In this document: positions 14,428-26,150 of the stretch, in pieces | Layout: the number at the start of each line of letters is the position of its first letter | How positions within the stretch are numbered: the stretch's first letter is position 1 | DNA from: Eledone cirrhosa | Lineage: Eukaryota | Assembly (NCBI GenBank): GCA_964016885.1 | Contig: OZ024747.1 | Span: 24,366,001-24,430,000 of the forward strand | DNA: 64,000 bases | Direction of reading: 5' to 3' | The notes under the pieces: generated by a model | What the model saw: only the letters and a program-made list of their open reading frames with translations | What the model was told of the DNA's origin: nothing | Database searches by the model: none | Made by a program: the position numbers and the translations under genes

Positions 14428-14656
14428 TTAACCCTTTAGCATTTACATTACTCTACATTTACTATTATATTTTCACAGAAAAGGCTTTATCTCACATAAT
14501 TATTTCACATAATATTGAATTTATGAGATTTTGATATTATTTATTTTGAGAACAATACCTTAACATGTGTATGAGTGGCTGGTTATGGCCAGTTTAAACA
14601 GAAAGAGGTGAGAGAATTCTGGCTGGATACAGCTGGTTTAAATGCTAAAGGATTAA
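14428..14656. mobile_element. piggyBac-type MITE, second copy
   Basis: TTAA|CCCTTTAGCATTTA...TAAATGCTAAAGGA|TTAA, colinear with 4757-4980. Confidence 0.85.
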
Positions 14657-15498
14657 CAATCACATTGACCTTCAGTAGTCATTTTCCCATGTTTTTTCAA
14701 ATCTGATATATATCTTATTGAACAGCTAAGTTATAGGATATAAACATACACAGGCAAAAATGGAAACATAGACATGGATACACTCATATATATATATCAT
14801 CACCATCATTGTTTTCCATGCTGGCATGGGTTCTGTGGGTTGTCATGTTCTGAGACTAGACAACTCAGATGACTATATCCTGCTCATACATTCCAGTTTA
14901 GCTGGGTTTCTACAGCTGGATACTAACCACTTTATAAAGTGGGCTGGATACATTTTATTGTGGCACCTATATGACCACTTTACAAAATTTCTTCACAAAG
15001 AATTGGTCTACCCTAAGCTATACTAGAAGATACTTTCTTAAGTTAGACCGAAGATACTCTTCACAATGAGACCGAACGCAAAACAGGACAGTTGTGAATG
15101 AAACACCTTAACCACATAGCCTGTTGACATCAGCTTGCTTCCTAAAGTACATTTTGGAGAAGGACACTGCCTTCATTGTTCAGCTAAAAGCAACATGGAG
15201 ATAGCACTTTAGGTTGACTGATTTAACAGCAGAAGTTAAATTGATTGGAGGGAACTTAAGAAACCATTACATATATGTGGCGGTGGCAGCAGTGATGTCA
15301 GTGGCAACAACAGTAATAGTAGTATGAGTGAGTGGTGGTGTTGGTGGTGAAGGTAGTAGTAGTAGTAGCCATGGGAATTATAAAACAACCTTAAAACTAC
15401 ACAGGCAAATATGTAAGTAAAACCCCAGGATTAACACATTACACACAATATAGAGAAAATAGCAACCCTAGGTCTGGGTACTGTACACCCCTATTATA

Positions 15499-15722
15499 TA
15501 GAGTAGCGTTACTGGGTATTACACACCTGTTACCTAGAGTAGAATTACTGGGTATTACACACCTGTTACCTAGAGTAGAATTACTGGGTATTACACACCT
15601 GTTACCTAGAGTAGAATTACTGGGTATTACACACCTGTTACCTAGAGTAGAATTACTGGGTATTACACACCTGTTACCTAGAGTAGAATTACTGGGTATT
15701 ACACACCCTTATTACATAGAGT
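15499..15722. repeat. 36-bp tandem repeat, about 6 copies
   Basis: tagagtagaattactgggtattacacacctgttacc. Confidence 0.92.
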
Positions 15723-15864
15723 AACACTACCATGTACTGGAGACATTATATAGAAAATAGAACTACTAGGTACAGTACACAATATAGCAAAAATAGCACC
15801 ACTAGATTTAGCTACTGCACACAATATATATATAGGGTAATACAATATTATATTACATAGGGTA

Positions 15865-16012
15865 TTGGCAGTATCGGTAGAGGGTCGGACGTCATACTTT
15901 GCAGTATAGAGTTACAGTCCTTTACGGTCGAAGTTCAAATCCCGCCAAAGTTAGCTTTACCTTTCATCCTTATGGGGTAATTGTTGGCCTTGTGCCAAAA
16001 GTAGAAACAATT
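15865..16012 (+). mobile_element. SINE, same family
   Basis: Flanked by TSD attatattacatagggta (15847-15864 and 16010-16027). Confidence 0.85.
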
Positions 16013-16379
16013 ATATTACATAGGGTACTTTTAAAACAACATCAAACACTGCACAACGTAGGTGTACAGAGCTGTAGTTGATAATGCAGGGAAAATACAC
16101 GACAATGATAATCTAATAATGATAAAGTTGTTGTTTTGGTGATAATGATGATGACAATATTATGATAATGTTGTTGTTGATGATGATGATAATGATATAA
16201 AGGTTATAAATGAGGTTACAAAACTACAAAGCATGTACATGTACACACACAGTGTTGGAGAGACCACATCTTGTTCATATATTCCATATTTGGCATGGTT
16301 TCTATTGCTGGATATCCTTTCTAATATCAACCACTTTACAGAATGTATCACTAGAGAAGTAGTAAAGTTGAAGAATCCT

Positions 16380-16672
16380 CTCAACCCTGGAGTGTTTCCA
16401 TTTGATCCTTTAAGAAGGAATATGACTTTACTTTCAGCCTATATCTGGAATTTAAAAGATAAAAACAGCTGATATAGGTTACACTAGGAGATCCTAGCTA
16501 AAGCTAGATCCTATAACAGGAATATTGTGATCTTTGCACTGCTGAAACTTTCGAAATCCTTTATGCCAACGAATGTACTTTAAACCAAAAATCTGAGGAA
16601 ATTTTGGCTTGTAAACATAAACTGTATAAAACATTCTTATATTACAGCCCAGCATTGTATCCTAATGGATAA
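16380..16672 (+). mobile_element. Fragment of a related PLE (GIY-YIG C-terminus)
   Basis: PLRRNMTLLSAYIWNLKD...EILAKARSYN...CDLCTAETFEILYA...LNQKSE..ACKHKLYKTFLYYSPALYPNG* is homologous to 24095-24370. Confidence 0.85.
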
Positions 16673-16759
16673 TAGGGCAATATGTAGATGATATATGCCA
16701 TGATGCAGTAGCTAACAACAACAAAACTTTATACTCAGTTCTATATATATATATGTGTA

Positions 16760-16844
<85 letters not shown>

Positions 16845-16849
16845 ACCCT

Positions 16850-18150
16850 GGGCTGGTGAGTTCTTTGAGGTCACATCTTTTAATAGCTCTTTTTTCTAAC
16901 TTGTTCATTTCTTTTCAGATAAGTGATGACAGACATTGAGCCAACTCAGCAAATGAAAAGATACACTGTAATCATTGCCTTAAAAGCAGAGGATAGTGAT
17001 TTAGAGATTGCTTGTTTCCTGAAAATTGTGTGGTTATTTGTTATCAAAGTTCGCAAAGAGCTGGAATTTGCTGACAGAGATTCTACAGCAGTAGTCAAAT
17101 GTAAAACGCCAGCTAAGGGTCTTAATCACCCAAATCATCGAATCACCCAAATTTGAACGAAAGGCACAGAAAAATGATCGATAAGAATCCCTGAAAGTGA
17201 ATGAGTGCCATTGCAAAAGATCTCAAGGTTTCAAGGCACATTATTGGAAAGACAGGGCGGTGGATTGGCAGTATCGGTAGAGGGTCGGACGCCATGCTTT
17301 CCAGCATAGTTACGTCCCTTTACGATCTGATTTCAAATCCCGCCGAGGTTGACTTTGCCTTTCATCCTTACGGGGTCGATAAAATAAAGTACCAGTAATA
17401 CACTGGGTAATTGCTGGCCTTGTGCCTAAAGTAGAAACAATTATTGGAAAGACAGTTCATAAAGACCTCCGATGCAAGTTATATGTGATGTGGAGAGGTC
17501 AATTCATGTCCTCACAGACAAATGATAACTGTCTGCTCTGCACAAAGCACTTGTTGAGCAAGTTCAAACATCAAGAGCCTAGAATGCTTTGGTTTTTCTC
17601 TAAGAAAAACTTTGATCAGGCTAAAAAGGTGAACTGATGGAATGACAGATGGTTATGAAGAGACCCTAAAGAGGTTCCAATGGTTATGCATACAGAGTTT
17701 CTGGTAACTGTGATGGTTCTGGGAGTTGTGAGCACTGCATGTAATGTCAAGCCTCCTTATTTCTTTTATTGGGGCTTAAGGGTCAATGCTATTGAATTTG
17801 AAGTGTTGGGGGTGGGGTGCTTGTAAGGCCTTAGATAGTGAGCATGAGCAAAGGAAGACTGTATACCGATCAACAAAACTCTGCACTATCTCATAAGGCT
17901 ATGCTGACACAAGAATGGATGAGTTACAATATCCTCTATCATGTCACCTCAAACATATGGCCTCCTAGTTCTCCAGACCTGAACCTGCTGGACTACTATG
18001 TATGAGGCATAGTCAAGAAAGAAGGCAATCAATGACCCCTTAACAGTATAAAATCTGAAGTCTGTCATAGCTAGCACAATCTCTAAAATTGATAAAGATC
18101 ATCTGATTTGGATATGTCGACGTTTCAGACCTCATATTGAAACTGTCCTC
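16850..18150 (+). mobile_element. Decayed Tc1/mariner-superfamily transposase (DD37D/maT-like)
   Basis: IAKDLKVSRHII..V..DL, WFFS.KNFDQ..KVN, VMVLGVVS, WPPSSPDLNLLDYY, with many stops and frameshifts. Confidence 0.8.
17254..17443 (+). mobile_element. Full-length tRNA-derived SINE (Meta/MESC-like central domain) inserted in the transposase
   Basis: A-box tggcagtatcgg, B-box-like ttcaaatcc, domain gcctttcatccttacggggtcgataaaataaagtacc. 16-bp TSD attattggaaagacag at 17240-17255 and 17440-17455. Confidence 0.9.
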
Positions 18151-18634
18151 ATATACTTTTCCACCACATCACACCACATCACACCACTTCACCACATCAC
18201 TTCACACCACACTGCACCACACCATAAGAGTACCACACCACCACTCCACCACACCATAACAGAACCACACCACCACCCCACCATACCAACTACAACCTTT
18301 CCATTGAACCAAAATAGTCACCATAACCTTTTATCAAAGCCACTTCTTATCTAACCACTCTTGTAGCCTTAACCGCCATCAATGTTACGAGAAAAGTTTT
18401 CAAACCACTTCCTTCGTAGTTCATTGATGAACAACAACAACAACAATAACAACAACCCTCATAACAACAACAACAGTCATAAGAACAACGACTTTAGAAA
18501 TATCTTTAGAATCAATGGAGATCAATTAAACTGTTTTTTCAGTATATCTCGCAGAGTGTCAGTTCTTGATATTTTAAAACAACTAACCATCCATCCATAC
18601 ATACATACATACATACATATGCATGTACATACAT

Positions 18635-18689
<55 letters not shown>

Positions 18690-18775
18690 TATATATAAAG
18701 TAAACAGAAATAACATAGCAAACGACACAGGACAATGTAGAAATATATTAGTTTAATGCTTGAAATAATAGGAAA

Positions 18776-18820
18776 ATAGTTTTAACATTTCGGACGCTAG
18801 TCCTTCATCAGAAGATAGAA
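18776..18820 (-). ncRNA. Minimal hammerhead motif in a pLTR-like element (~18695-18895)
   Basis: CTGATGA-A-GGAC-tagc-GTCC-GAAA-TGTTA. Stem I is weak. Confidence 0.65.
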
Positions 18821-19324
18821 TGAGAAATAAAAGAAGAAATAGAAAGATAGAGAGTGAGAAGAGAAAGGAACAGAACAAAAATGTGAAAAAAAACCACACA
18901 TGCATATTCAGTTAACTCTAGTACTGCATCACCTAAGGAAGTAATGCACAGTGAGGTGAGCAACTGAAAGTGAATACAGGAGTTATTGGGTGGCTGTTGA
19001 CTCTCCCCTGCCCTTTGATGAGCTTTGTCTTTTATCTCACAGTGTGTCCCAAACCAACATCTTCACCAAGCAGGCTTGGTGAAGATGTTGGTTCAGGTGC
19101 TGACGACCCAACTCTGCATTAGGTTGTACTGGATTGCATGTTACCAGTAACAATCAAGAGCAATAATTATTCTGTGTCAGTAGTTTGTGTTGAGAATGGC
19201 ATCCAGTCGTAGAAATGAAGTCATGCCAAGAATGAAATGTATGAGCAAGGTTTAGCTCTATGTCCAGCCTAGTCTTGGACTTGTGATGCCACATCTAGCC
19301 CATGCCAGGATGGAAAGTGGTTTC

Positions 19325-19535
19325 TGATTGAAGCACAAGGCCAGCAATTTGGGGAGAAAGGGAAAGTCAATTAAATCGACCCCAGTGTATTACTGGTACT
19401 TTATTTTATCAACCCCGTAAGGATGAAAGGCAAAGCTAACCTGGGCGGGATTTGAACTCAGAACGTAAAGGGCCATAAGTCTATGCCACTAAGCATATTG
19501 TCCGATGTTCTACCAATTTTGCCAATCCACCACTT
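19325..19535 (-). mobile_element. SINE, same family
   Basis: Same central domain and tRNA-like head. Confidence 0.8.
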
Positions 19536-19537
19536 GG

Positions 19538-19573
<36 letters not shown>

Positions 19574-19687
19574 GTTTAACGTCCACCTTCCACGCTTGCA
19601 TGGGTTTGGACGGGAGTTTACATACATATATATATATATACATTTATATACATACATATATATATACATACATATATATATATATCT

Positions 19688-19906
19688 ATCTAAGGCGGGT
19701 AAAATTCCCGAGATCCATGGACGAGTTCTCTCCAGCGGTCTCTGTCCCTCATTATCGCTGCTATGTCCTGCATCTCCAACAGACCGGTATCTGTCCTTAG
19801 GGCATCAACATACGTTAACCTTGGTCTTCCTCTTCTAGTGTGTCCATGCAGGGGCTCCCACAGGAGCACCGAGTGCAATGTCAACTCTGGATGTCGGTTG
19901 GCTGGA
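19688..19906 (-). mobile_element. Fragment of the same second RTE family
   Basis: HPELTLHSVLLWEPLHGHTRRGRPRLTYVDALRTDTG is near-identical to 62.03-62.24 kb. Confidence 0.85.
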
Positions 19907-19940
19907 TATATATATATTATATATATATACATATATATAT

Positions 19941-20176
19941 ATTATTAGAAATGTTAGCTATCGCCGTATTTTGACTAAAGAAATTAAAGAAATTATTTAG
20001 CCTGATAGTGGGGTTAAGAACCCTCGGAGAAATGGAAAAAGATGAGTATTGACGTACATGTACGGCAATACTCATCTTTTTCCATTTCTCCGAGGGTTCT
20101 TAACCCCACTATCAGGCTAAATAATTTCTTTAATTTCTTTAGTCAAAATACGGCGATAGCTAACATTTCTAATAAT
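19941..20176. repeat. Spacer-less palindrome with 118-bp arms
   Basis: Centre CGTACA|TGTACG at 20058/20059. The arms are complementary apart from one mismatch I could see. Confidence 0.95.
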
Positions 20177-20214
20177 TTCAAATCCACTCGCTGTTTCGAA
20201 AATATTCTTACTTG

Positions 20215-20490
20215 ATATAGGCCGAAACAAATGAGATCGTGTAGGTGTCACGACAAAAAAACACACAGTCCACGCTGTAATATGGCCGTGTAGGCAACAC
20301 GGTAAAAACCTCCCAGCCCCACACTGTAAATGTGGTTGGTGTTAGGAAGGGCATCCAGCTGTAGAAAACACGCCAGACAGTCCTATGCGAGCAAGACAAT
20401 CACTCTTGCCTCAAGTGGGAAAACCCCCGTCCAAACCCATGCAAGCGTGGAACACGGACGTTAAACGTTGATGATGATGATGATGATGAT
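20215..20490 (+). mobile_element. RTE 3' UTR fragment
   Basis: gtgtaggtgtcacgac...ggtgttaggaagggcatccagctgtagaaaa...ggacgttaaac(gat)n. Confidence 0.85.
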
Positions 20491-20624
20491 ATATAATATA
20501 TACATATATATATATATTATATATATATACATATATATATACATATACATATATTTATATACATATATATATACATACATATATATATATATACATACAT
20601 ATATATATATATACACATATATAT

Positions 20625-21291
20625 ATATTGTTATACTTGGGGAGGGTCATATTTGTGTGTAATATTGCCAGAATTAATAACAGAACACACTCACTGTTTG
20701 GTTGGTTTTTGCTTTTCGCTTCTGTGTCTTTTATATCGGTAATCAAATTTATGCGGTCCTCAATGTTGCCATTGACTGACCAACGGCCAAAAATAATACA
20801 GATACAATATAGACACAAACACATATATATAGTTTATCAAAGTTCTTTCGTTGCACATCTGCAACATCATCAGTGGTGCTATAGATTCCTCCCGTTGCAT
20901 TGTATGTCTACGCCATCTTTATTTAGTCTGTTTATTTATTTGTTTGTTTGTTTATTTTATTTTGTCTTCTTTGCGCATGCGTTTGCGTGTGTGTATAGTG
21001 TTTTGTTTGATGTGTGTTCGTGATTGGGTGACTGTGTATTGGTTAATGTGTTCTATGTTTACTAGTGTGTGTTTATATGTGTTTGTTGTTATTGTGCTTG
21101 TGTATGTATTTATTTATTTATTTATTTATCTATTTATTTATACTTCTCTTAGGTCAGTGTTGTTTGTTTGGGTGTTGTTGTTATTCCATTCATTCTTTCT
21201 GTTTAGTCTTGGCCAACCAAACAGTGAGTGTGTTCTGTTATTAATTCTGGCAATATTACACAAATATGACCCTCCCCAAGTATAACAATAT
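20625..21291. repeat. Inverted repeat pair (~80 bp) at 20625-20705 and 21213-21291
   Basis: attgttatacttggggagggtcatatttgtg...cactgtttggttgg and its reverse complement. Confidence 0.9.
20833..20878 (-). ncRNA. Hammerhead motif
   Basis: CACCA-CTGATGA-T-GTTGCA-gatg-TGCAAC-GAAA-GAAC-TT-TGAT. Stem II is 6 bp and stem I is partial. Confidence 0.65.
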
Positions 21292-21362
21292 TTGTTTCGA
21301 CACACGATTTCATATAAAAAACCTCGCAAAACTAATTCATCGCCGTTATATATATATATATA

Positions 21363-21670
21363 ATCATCATCATCATCATCTTCGTTTAACGTCCATTTTC
21401 CACGCTAGCATGGGTTAGACGGGAGTTGTCCCACTTGAGGCAAGGTTGGTCGGGTGACCGTGTCTCGCTCATATAGGACTATCTGGCGGGTTTTCTACGG
21501 CTGGATGCCCTTCCTAACACCAACCACATTTACAGTGTGGAACTGGGAACTTTTTACCCTGTTACCTACACAACCACATTACAGCGTGGACTGTGTGTTT
21601 TTTCTCGTGACACCTACACAATCTCGATCTCATTTATCTCATTTATTTGGACTGGATGTTGTGGTACCAA
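21363..21670 (-). mobile_element. RTE 3' UTR fragment
   Basis: Reverse complement of the same UTR, beginning with (CAT)n. Confidence 0.8.
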
Positions 21671-21928
21671 CTTTATATATATATATACACATTTATATAT
21701 AAATCATCATCATCATTTCATTTTACGTCCGCTTTTTCCCTGCTTGCAAGGGTGGGACGGGAACTGATTCTGGCTTGATTTCTACACTAACACCAACCTC
21801 ATTTACAGTGAGTACTGGGTGCTTTTTTGAGTAAACTGGAGCAATGCGAAATAAAGTGTCTTGCTCAAGGAAAAAACACATCACCCGGTCTGAGTTGAGA
21901 ATTGAACTCACAACCTTTCGATTGCAAG

Positions 21929-22256
21929 GTTCACAGTTGAAAAATGGTTTAATTAGGAATAAAAGAGTATTAGTGATTGTATGGGTTAGTATTCAGTTGT
22001 GGTTTTAAGTTTTTAAGTTTTTACCGGTTGCGCATTTCTAAATGCTTTTCAAAAATAATTTTGAGATAGAGTGTCCGTGCTGTTTGCTGAGATCAGAGCA
22101 AACAGCACGGATACTCTATCTCAAAATTATTTTTGAAAAGCATTTAGAAATACGCAACCGGTAAAAACTTAAAAACTTAAAACCACAACTGAATACTAAC
22201 CCATACAATCACTAATACTCTTTTATTCCTAATTAAACCATTTTTCAACTGTGAAC
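21929..22256. repeat. Fold-back inverted repeat, ~160-bp arms with an 8-nt spacer
   Basis: gttcacagttgaaaaatgg...gctgtttgct [gagatcag] agcaaacagc...ccatttttcaactgtgaac, with 2-3 differences. Confidence 0.95.
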
Positions 22257-22353
22257 AATTTGTCAGCATTTTCTATTCCGTTTACCAATATATATATATA
22301 TATATACGATATTAAGTAAATGGAAACTATATTTATAAAACCATATTTATTTC

Positions 22354-22409
22354 ATTATATATATTTCAGGGATATCATATTAAAAATATGGTATGCCTTC
22401 ATCAGACAA
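22354..22409 (-). ncRNA. Hammerhead motif of the same family as 998-1053, in element ~22306-22835
   Basis: CTGATGA-AGGCATACCATATT-ttt-AATATGATATCCCT-GAAA-TATA-TA. Stem II is long and stem III is palindromic (ATATAT). Confidence 0.7.
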
Positions 22410-22680
22410 AATACAATATAAACAGTCTTATAAATAGATAGATTTGACATACCTTACAACTTCAACTTCCATTTAAAAAGTTGATTTGGTAGTGAAAAAT
22501 GTTAGGGACAGTTATAAAAAGAAAGAAAGAAAGAAAGCGAAGAAAAAGAAGAAATGCATGCAACGAAAAACAGAGAGAGATAGATATAGAGAGATAGATA
22601 GAGAGAAGAAATTCATGTAAAGAAAAAACAGAGAGAGATAGATAGAGAGAGAAAAAAGACAGAGGGAGATAGATAGAGAT

Positions 22681-22711
<31 letters not shown>

Positions 22712-22948
22712 AAAAATAGAGAGAGATAGATATAGATAGAGATAGAGAGAAAGAAAATAGGTAGTTGGGCACCAGTTGAATGACGTATCAATGATATATT
22801 TATTTATTTATTTAGTTCTAGTATTAAGGTAGAGAGAGATATATGTGGTTAGGAGAGAAAACAGCCGTTACATATATATATACATACCTATATATACATA
22901 CCTATATACATACCTATATATGTATATATATATATATATATATACATA

Positions 22949-23012
<64 letters not shown>

Positions 23013-23031
23013 CCTATATATATATATACAG

Positions 23032-23062
<31 letters not shown>

Positions 23063-23069
23063 TAAATAA

Positions 23070-23143
23070 CAGATTAAAGTTTAAGCAAAGAATCGCTGCT
23101 TTCACCCTTAACGGGATCTTCTGAAACTAACAAAGTCAATCTG
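23070..23143 (-). ncRNA. Type I hammerhead ribozyme-like motif at the 3' end of the PLE (core CAGAAGA)
   Basis: CAGATTGA-ctttgtt-AGTTT|CAGAAGA|T-CCC-gttaa-GGG-T|GAAA|GCA-gcgattctt-TGC|TT|AAACT-TTAATCTG. Stems I (with a 7-nt bulge), II and III all pair. U4 is replaced by A. Confidence 0.75.
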
Positions 23144-23207
23144 TAAACACAGAACTGGATATTCCAAAAAACATTGCAACCGGAAGAAGACAGGAAGACG
23201 ATACCTT

Positions 23208-23490
23208 GGTTCGTGGAAACGTTCCCTGGCAAAGAACGGGGAAAAACGAATATAATACGTCATTAATAGGGGCGGTGAAAAACAATTACGCGCAAGACAG
23301 AACCACGTTTATGGTATAAAAGAGGTCGTAGACTAATGTTCTCTTAGGTGGTTCATAGAGACGTTCTCTGTCAGTGAACGAAAAAAAACGAAGATAATAC
23401 GTCATATGTGGATCATGGAGAACAATGGCACGCAAAGACAAAACCACGTAAATGGTATAGCAGAAGTCGTAGACTAAAATTCTAACTAGG
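23208..23490. repeat. Two diverged ~142-bp tandem units in the PLE 3' region
   Basis: ggttc.t.ga.acgtt...taatacgtcat...aaccacgt..atggtata...gtcgtagactaa is repeated at ~23208 and ~23350. Confidence 0.75.
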
Positions 23491-24094
23491 AGACCGAATG
23501 AATCTCCGCTTCAGAGTTAAGAACAAAGTAAATAAATACAATATAGAAAATAAATACAATATAGAAAGTAAATAAATACAATATAGAAATTAAATAAATA
23601 CATACACGTGTACAAATACGTACATACACAAGCATACCCGAAAACACTTACCAAAGGTATACAAAACCACGCACATATAAATATGTGTGTGTATGCGTGT
23701 ATACAAATAAATAAATAATTAAATAAACGTATATAAATAAATAAATACGTATATAACAAGCGCACACACATACCTACATGTAAATACACAAATGTTCGGA
23801 GACGTAAGTCAACCAAAACATGAAGTACACATATACACACGCCCTACATACGTACGAACCTGCATACTCACACAGATACAAAACTCCCGTATACACATAA
23901 CCAAACCATATGTACCAGAATATATAAAATTATACGCCATACCATATACAATCAAATATACGTACGAGAAAGTATACGTACCTTCACAAAACATACGGGT
24001 AATATATACTTGCCTATGCAAATAAGTAATGGTATAAACAAAACATATACTTAGCTACCACATCAAGACGTAAAATATCCACGTATAGATCGTA

Positions 24095-26150
24095 CTATCC
24101 GTTAGGGTATAACGTGGGGCTGTAATACAGGAAAGTTTAGTGCAATTTATGTTTACAAGCCGAAATTGCCTCAGATTTTTTGTTTAATATGTGGTCTGTG
24201 GCGTAGAGTATTTCCAGGGCCTCAGCGGCGCAGAGGTCACATGGTCTTTTATTTCCGTTATACGATCTAGCTCTAGTTAGGATCTCCCAGTGTAACTTAT
24301 ATTGTGTGTGGTTGTCTTTTAGACTCCAGATATAAGCTGAAAGTGACGTCATATTCCTTCTTAGAGGGTAACGAAAAGAATGGGTATGCATGTAAAGACG
24401 CTGCTTGAATCTATTGGCGGTTAACCCTATGTAAGCCCTACGGGACGTGGGTGTTTCAACCTTACATTAGTAGACAATGTTACTAGAGAGGCATTTCCCG
24501 GATAGGGGGCAATCAACCCGATTCCTACAATTACAGTTAGTACTAACTACAGGGTTGTACGTGTTCCTACGGCTAGGTAGTTTAGCTAAATTTGAAGCTG
24601 TGATGTTATGTGCAAGGTTAGGAGTCGTAGAGTAAGAAATTTTGATAGTATTTCTATTAAAAATTTTACTATATTTATGTGTAGGGGGAAAAAGCTTCGT
24701 AATAAGGGAAAGAAAGATCTTAGCTAATGGTGTGGCCACCTCCATATTATATGGTGGGTTATACCAACAAATGCGACGGGATCTATTTCTACTAGGTCTA
24801 TTTTCGTACTCTGTATATGCTACCTTATCGACAAATCCACTCCGAGCAAGAGCTTCATTGTAATAAGTGGAATGGTCGTTGAAAATATGCTCGTTAGTAG
24901 ATAGACGGGAAAGCCTCAACGAAACGTTTCTTACCAGGTTCTTGGTTATGCTGGCAGGATGGTTGGAATGCTTACTTATGTAATTAAGCGTATCATTCGG
25001 CTTTCTATACGGGTAATACAACCCATTCGATAAATTGAGGGTAACATCGAGGTAATTAACGACCGAGAGATTGGCCTCAACCTGTATAGAGAGGTTGAAG
25101 CCTTTAAAGAAGGCTGTGAGTTCTTTTCTGAACCTGTCGCAAGCACGAGGTCCGCACTTAGTCATGGTCAAAAGACCATCATCACGGTACAAACCACCGC
25201 CCGCGTTGGGGAATTCGTCCTTGATAGAGAAAAGGCCGATAAGATCAGTAACCTCCGCAGAATCGCTGGCGCCCATACTCACGTCGAATGGGGTACTATT
25301 GGATTTTTTAATCCAAATAGAGTCGTCGAAATTAATCACCGACTTACGGGCATTGAGGATGACATCAACTTCGAAATCCTTAACCACTGTGAGTGTTTTA
25401 GCGAAATTGATAGCTCTAAGGAGAAGTGGTAAAGAGATGGAGGAGTAGTAATTGTTGATGTCGAATTGGATAAAACGGCAATGTTCCTTATTACATATAC
25501 CGTTGAACCAATCAATCACCGCGAAAGAATTGTTCCACACTGCAAGAGGGGCCAAACTTCTAATTTCAGGTATAATTCTATCAAGAATCGTTTTACTAAG
25601 TCTACCTAAATTGGACTTCGTAGGGTTAATAAGCCGAATAGAGGGGTTGTTCGGAAAGTTGTATTTGTGATCCTTCGGGGTAAAGTGGGGAGAAATAGGG
25701 TCCAGAGGTTCGGTCCGGTCCAGGATGTTGAGATCAGATATGATTTTAAACCCAGCATCGTTGATTTCATTGATGACACACCGATTAGTTTTACGGTAAT
25801 CCTTAGTTGCAGCATTATGTAGTAGTTGATGGTAAGTACTGCGCTCCACTTGATATAGGTTGCCAGTTTTGTCGGAATGGACGTGCACGGCATTAGTATC
25901 CTTAATAGAACGAATTCTATTCTTCAGGTCCTGCTGGAAGGAATTGCTCCTATTCGAAATTTGATACTCCGAATGAGTTCCAAGACATCATTTTCGAAGG
26001 GTGGCAATGCTGGGTTACACGGGGGGTTATTATAGATTTTAAACCCAAATTTATCCTGTTTGTTGTCTGCTTTTCGCGGATTATCGAAATAAAAGGCACG
26101 CCAACGCAAACGCAACCTTTTAATGAACGCGTCTGTTTTCTGCTCTACGG
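24095..26150 (-). pseudogene. PLE RT/GIY-YIG ORF, disrupted
   Basis: ORFs 25924-26115, 24467-25888 and 24137-24391 form one protein. Reading through the two TAAs ends at ...YYSPTLYPNG* (24095), matching the ending of the 16.4-16.7 kb fragment. Confidence 0.85.

Noticed and set aside
24137-24470. Selenocysteine or programmed readthrough in the PLE
   Set aside because: The in-frame stops are TAA, not TGA. The 16.6 kb homolog has AAA at the second site, and no SECIS-like element was seen.
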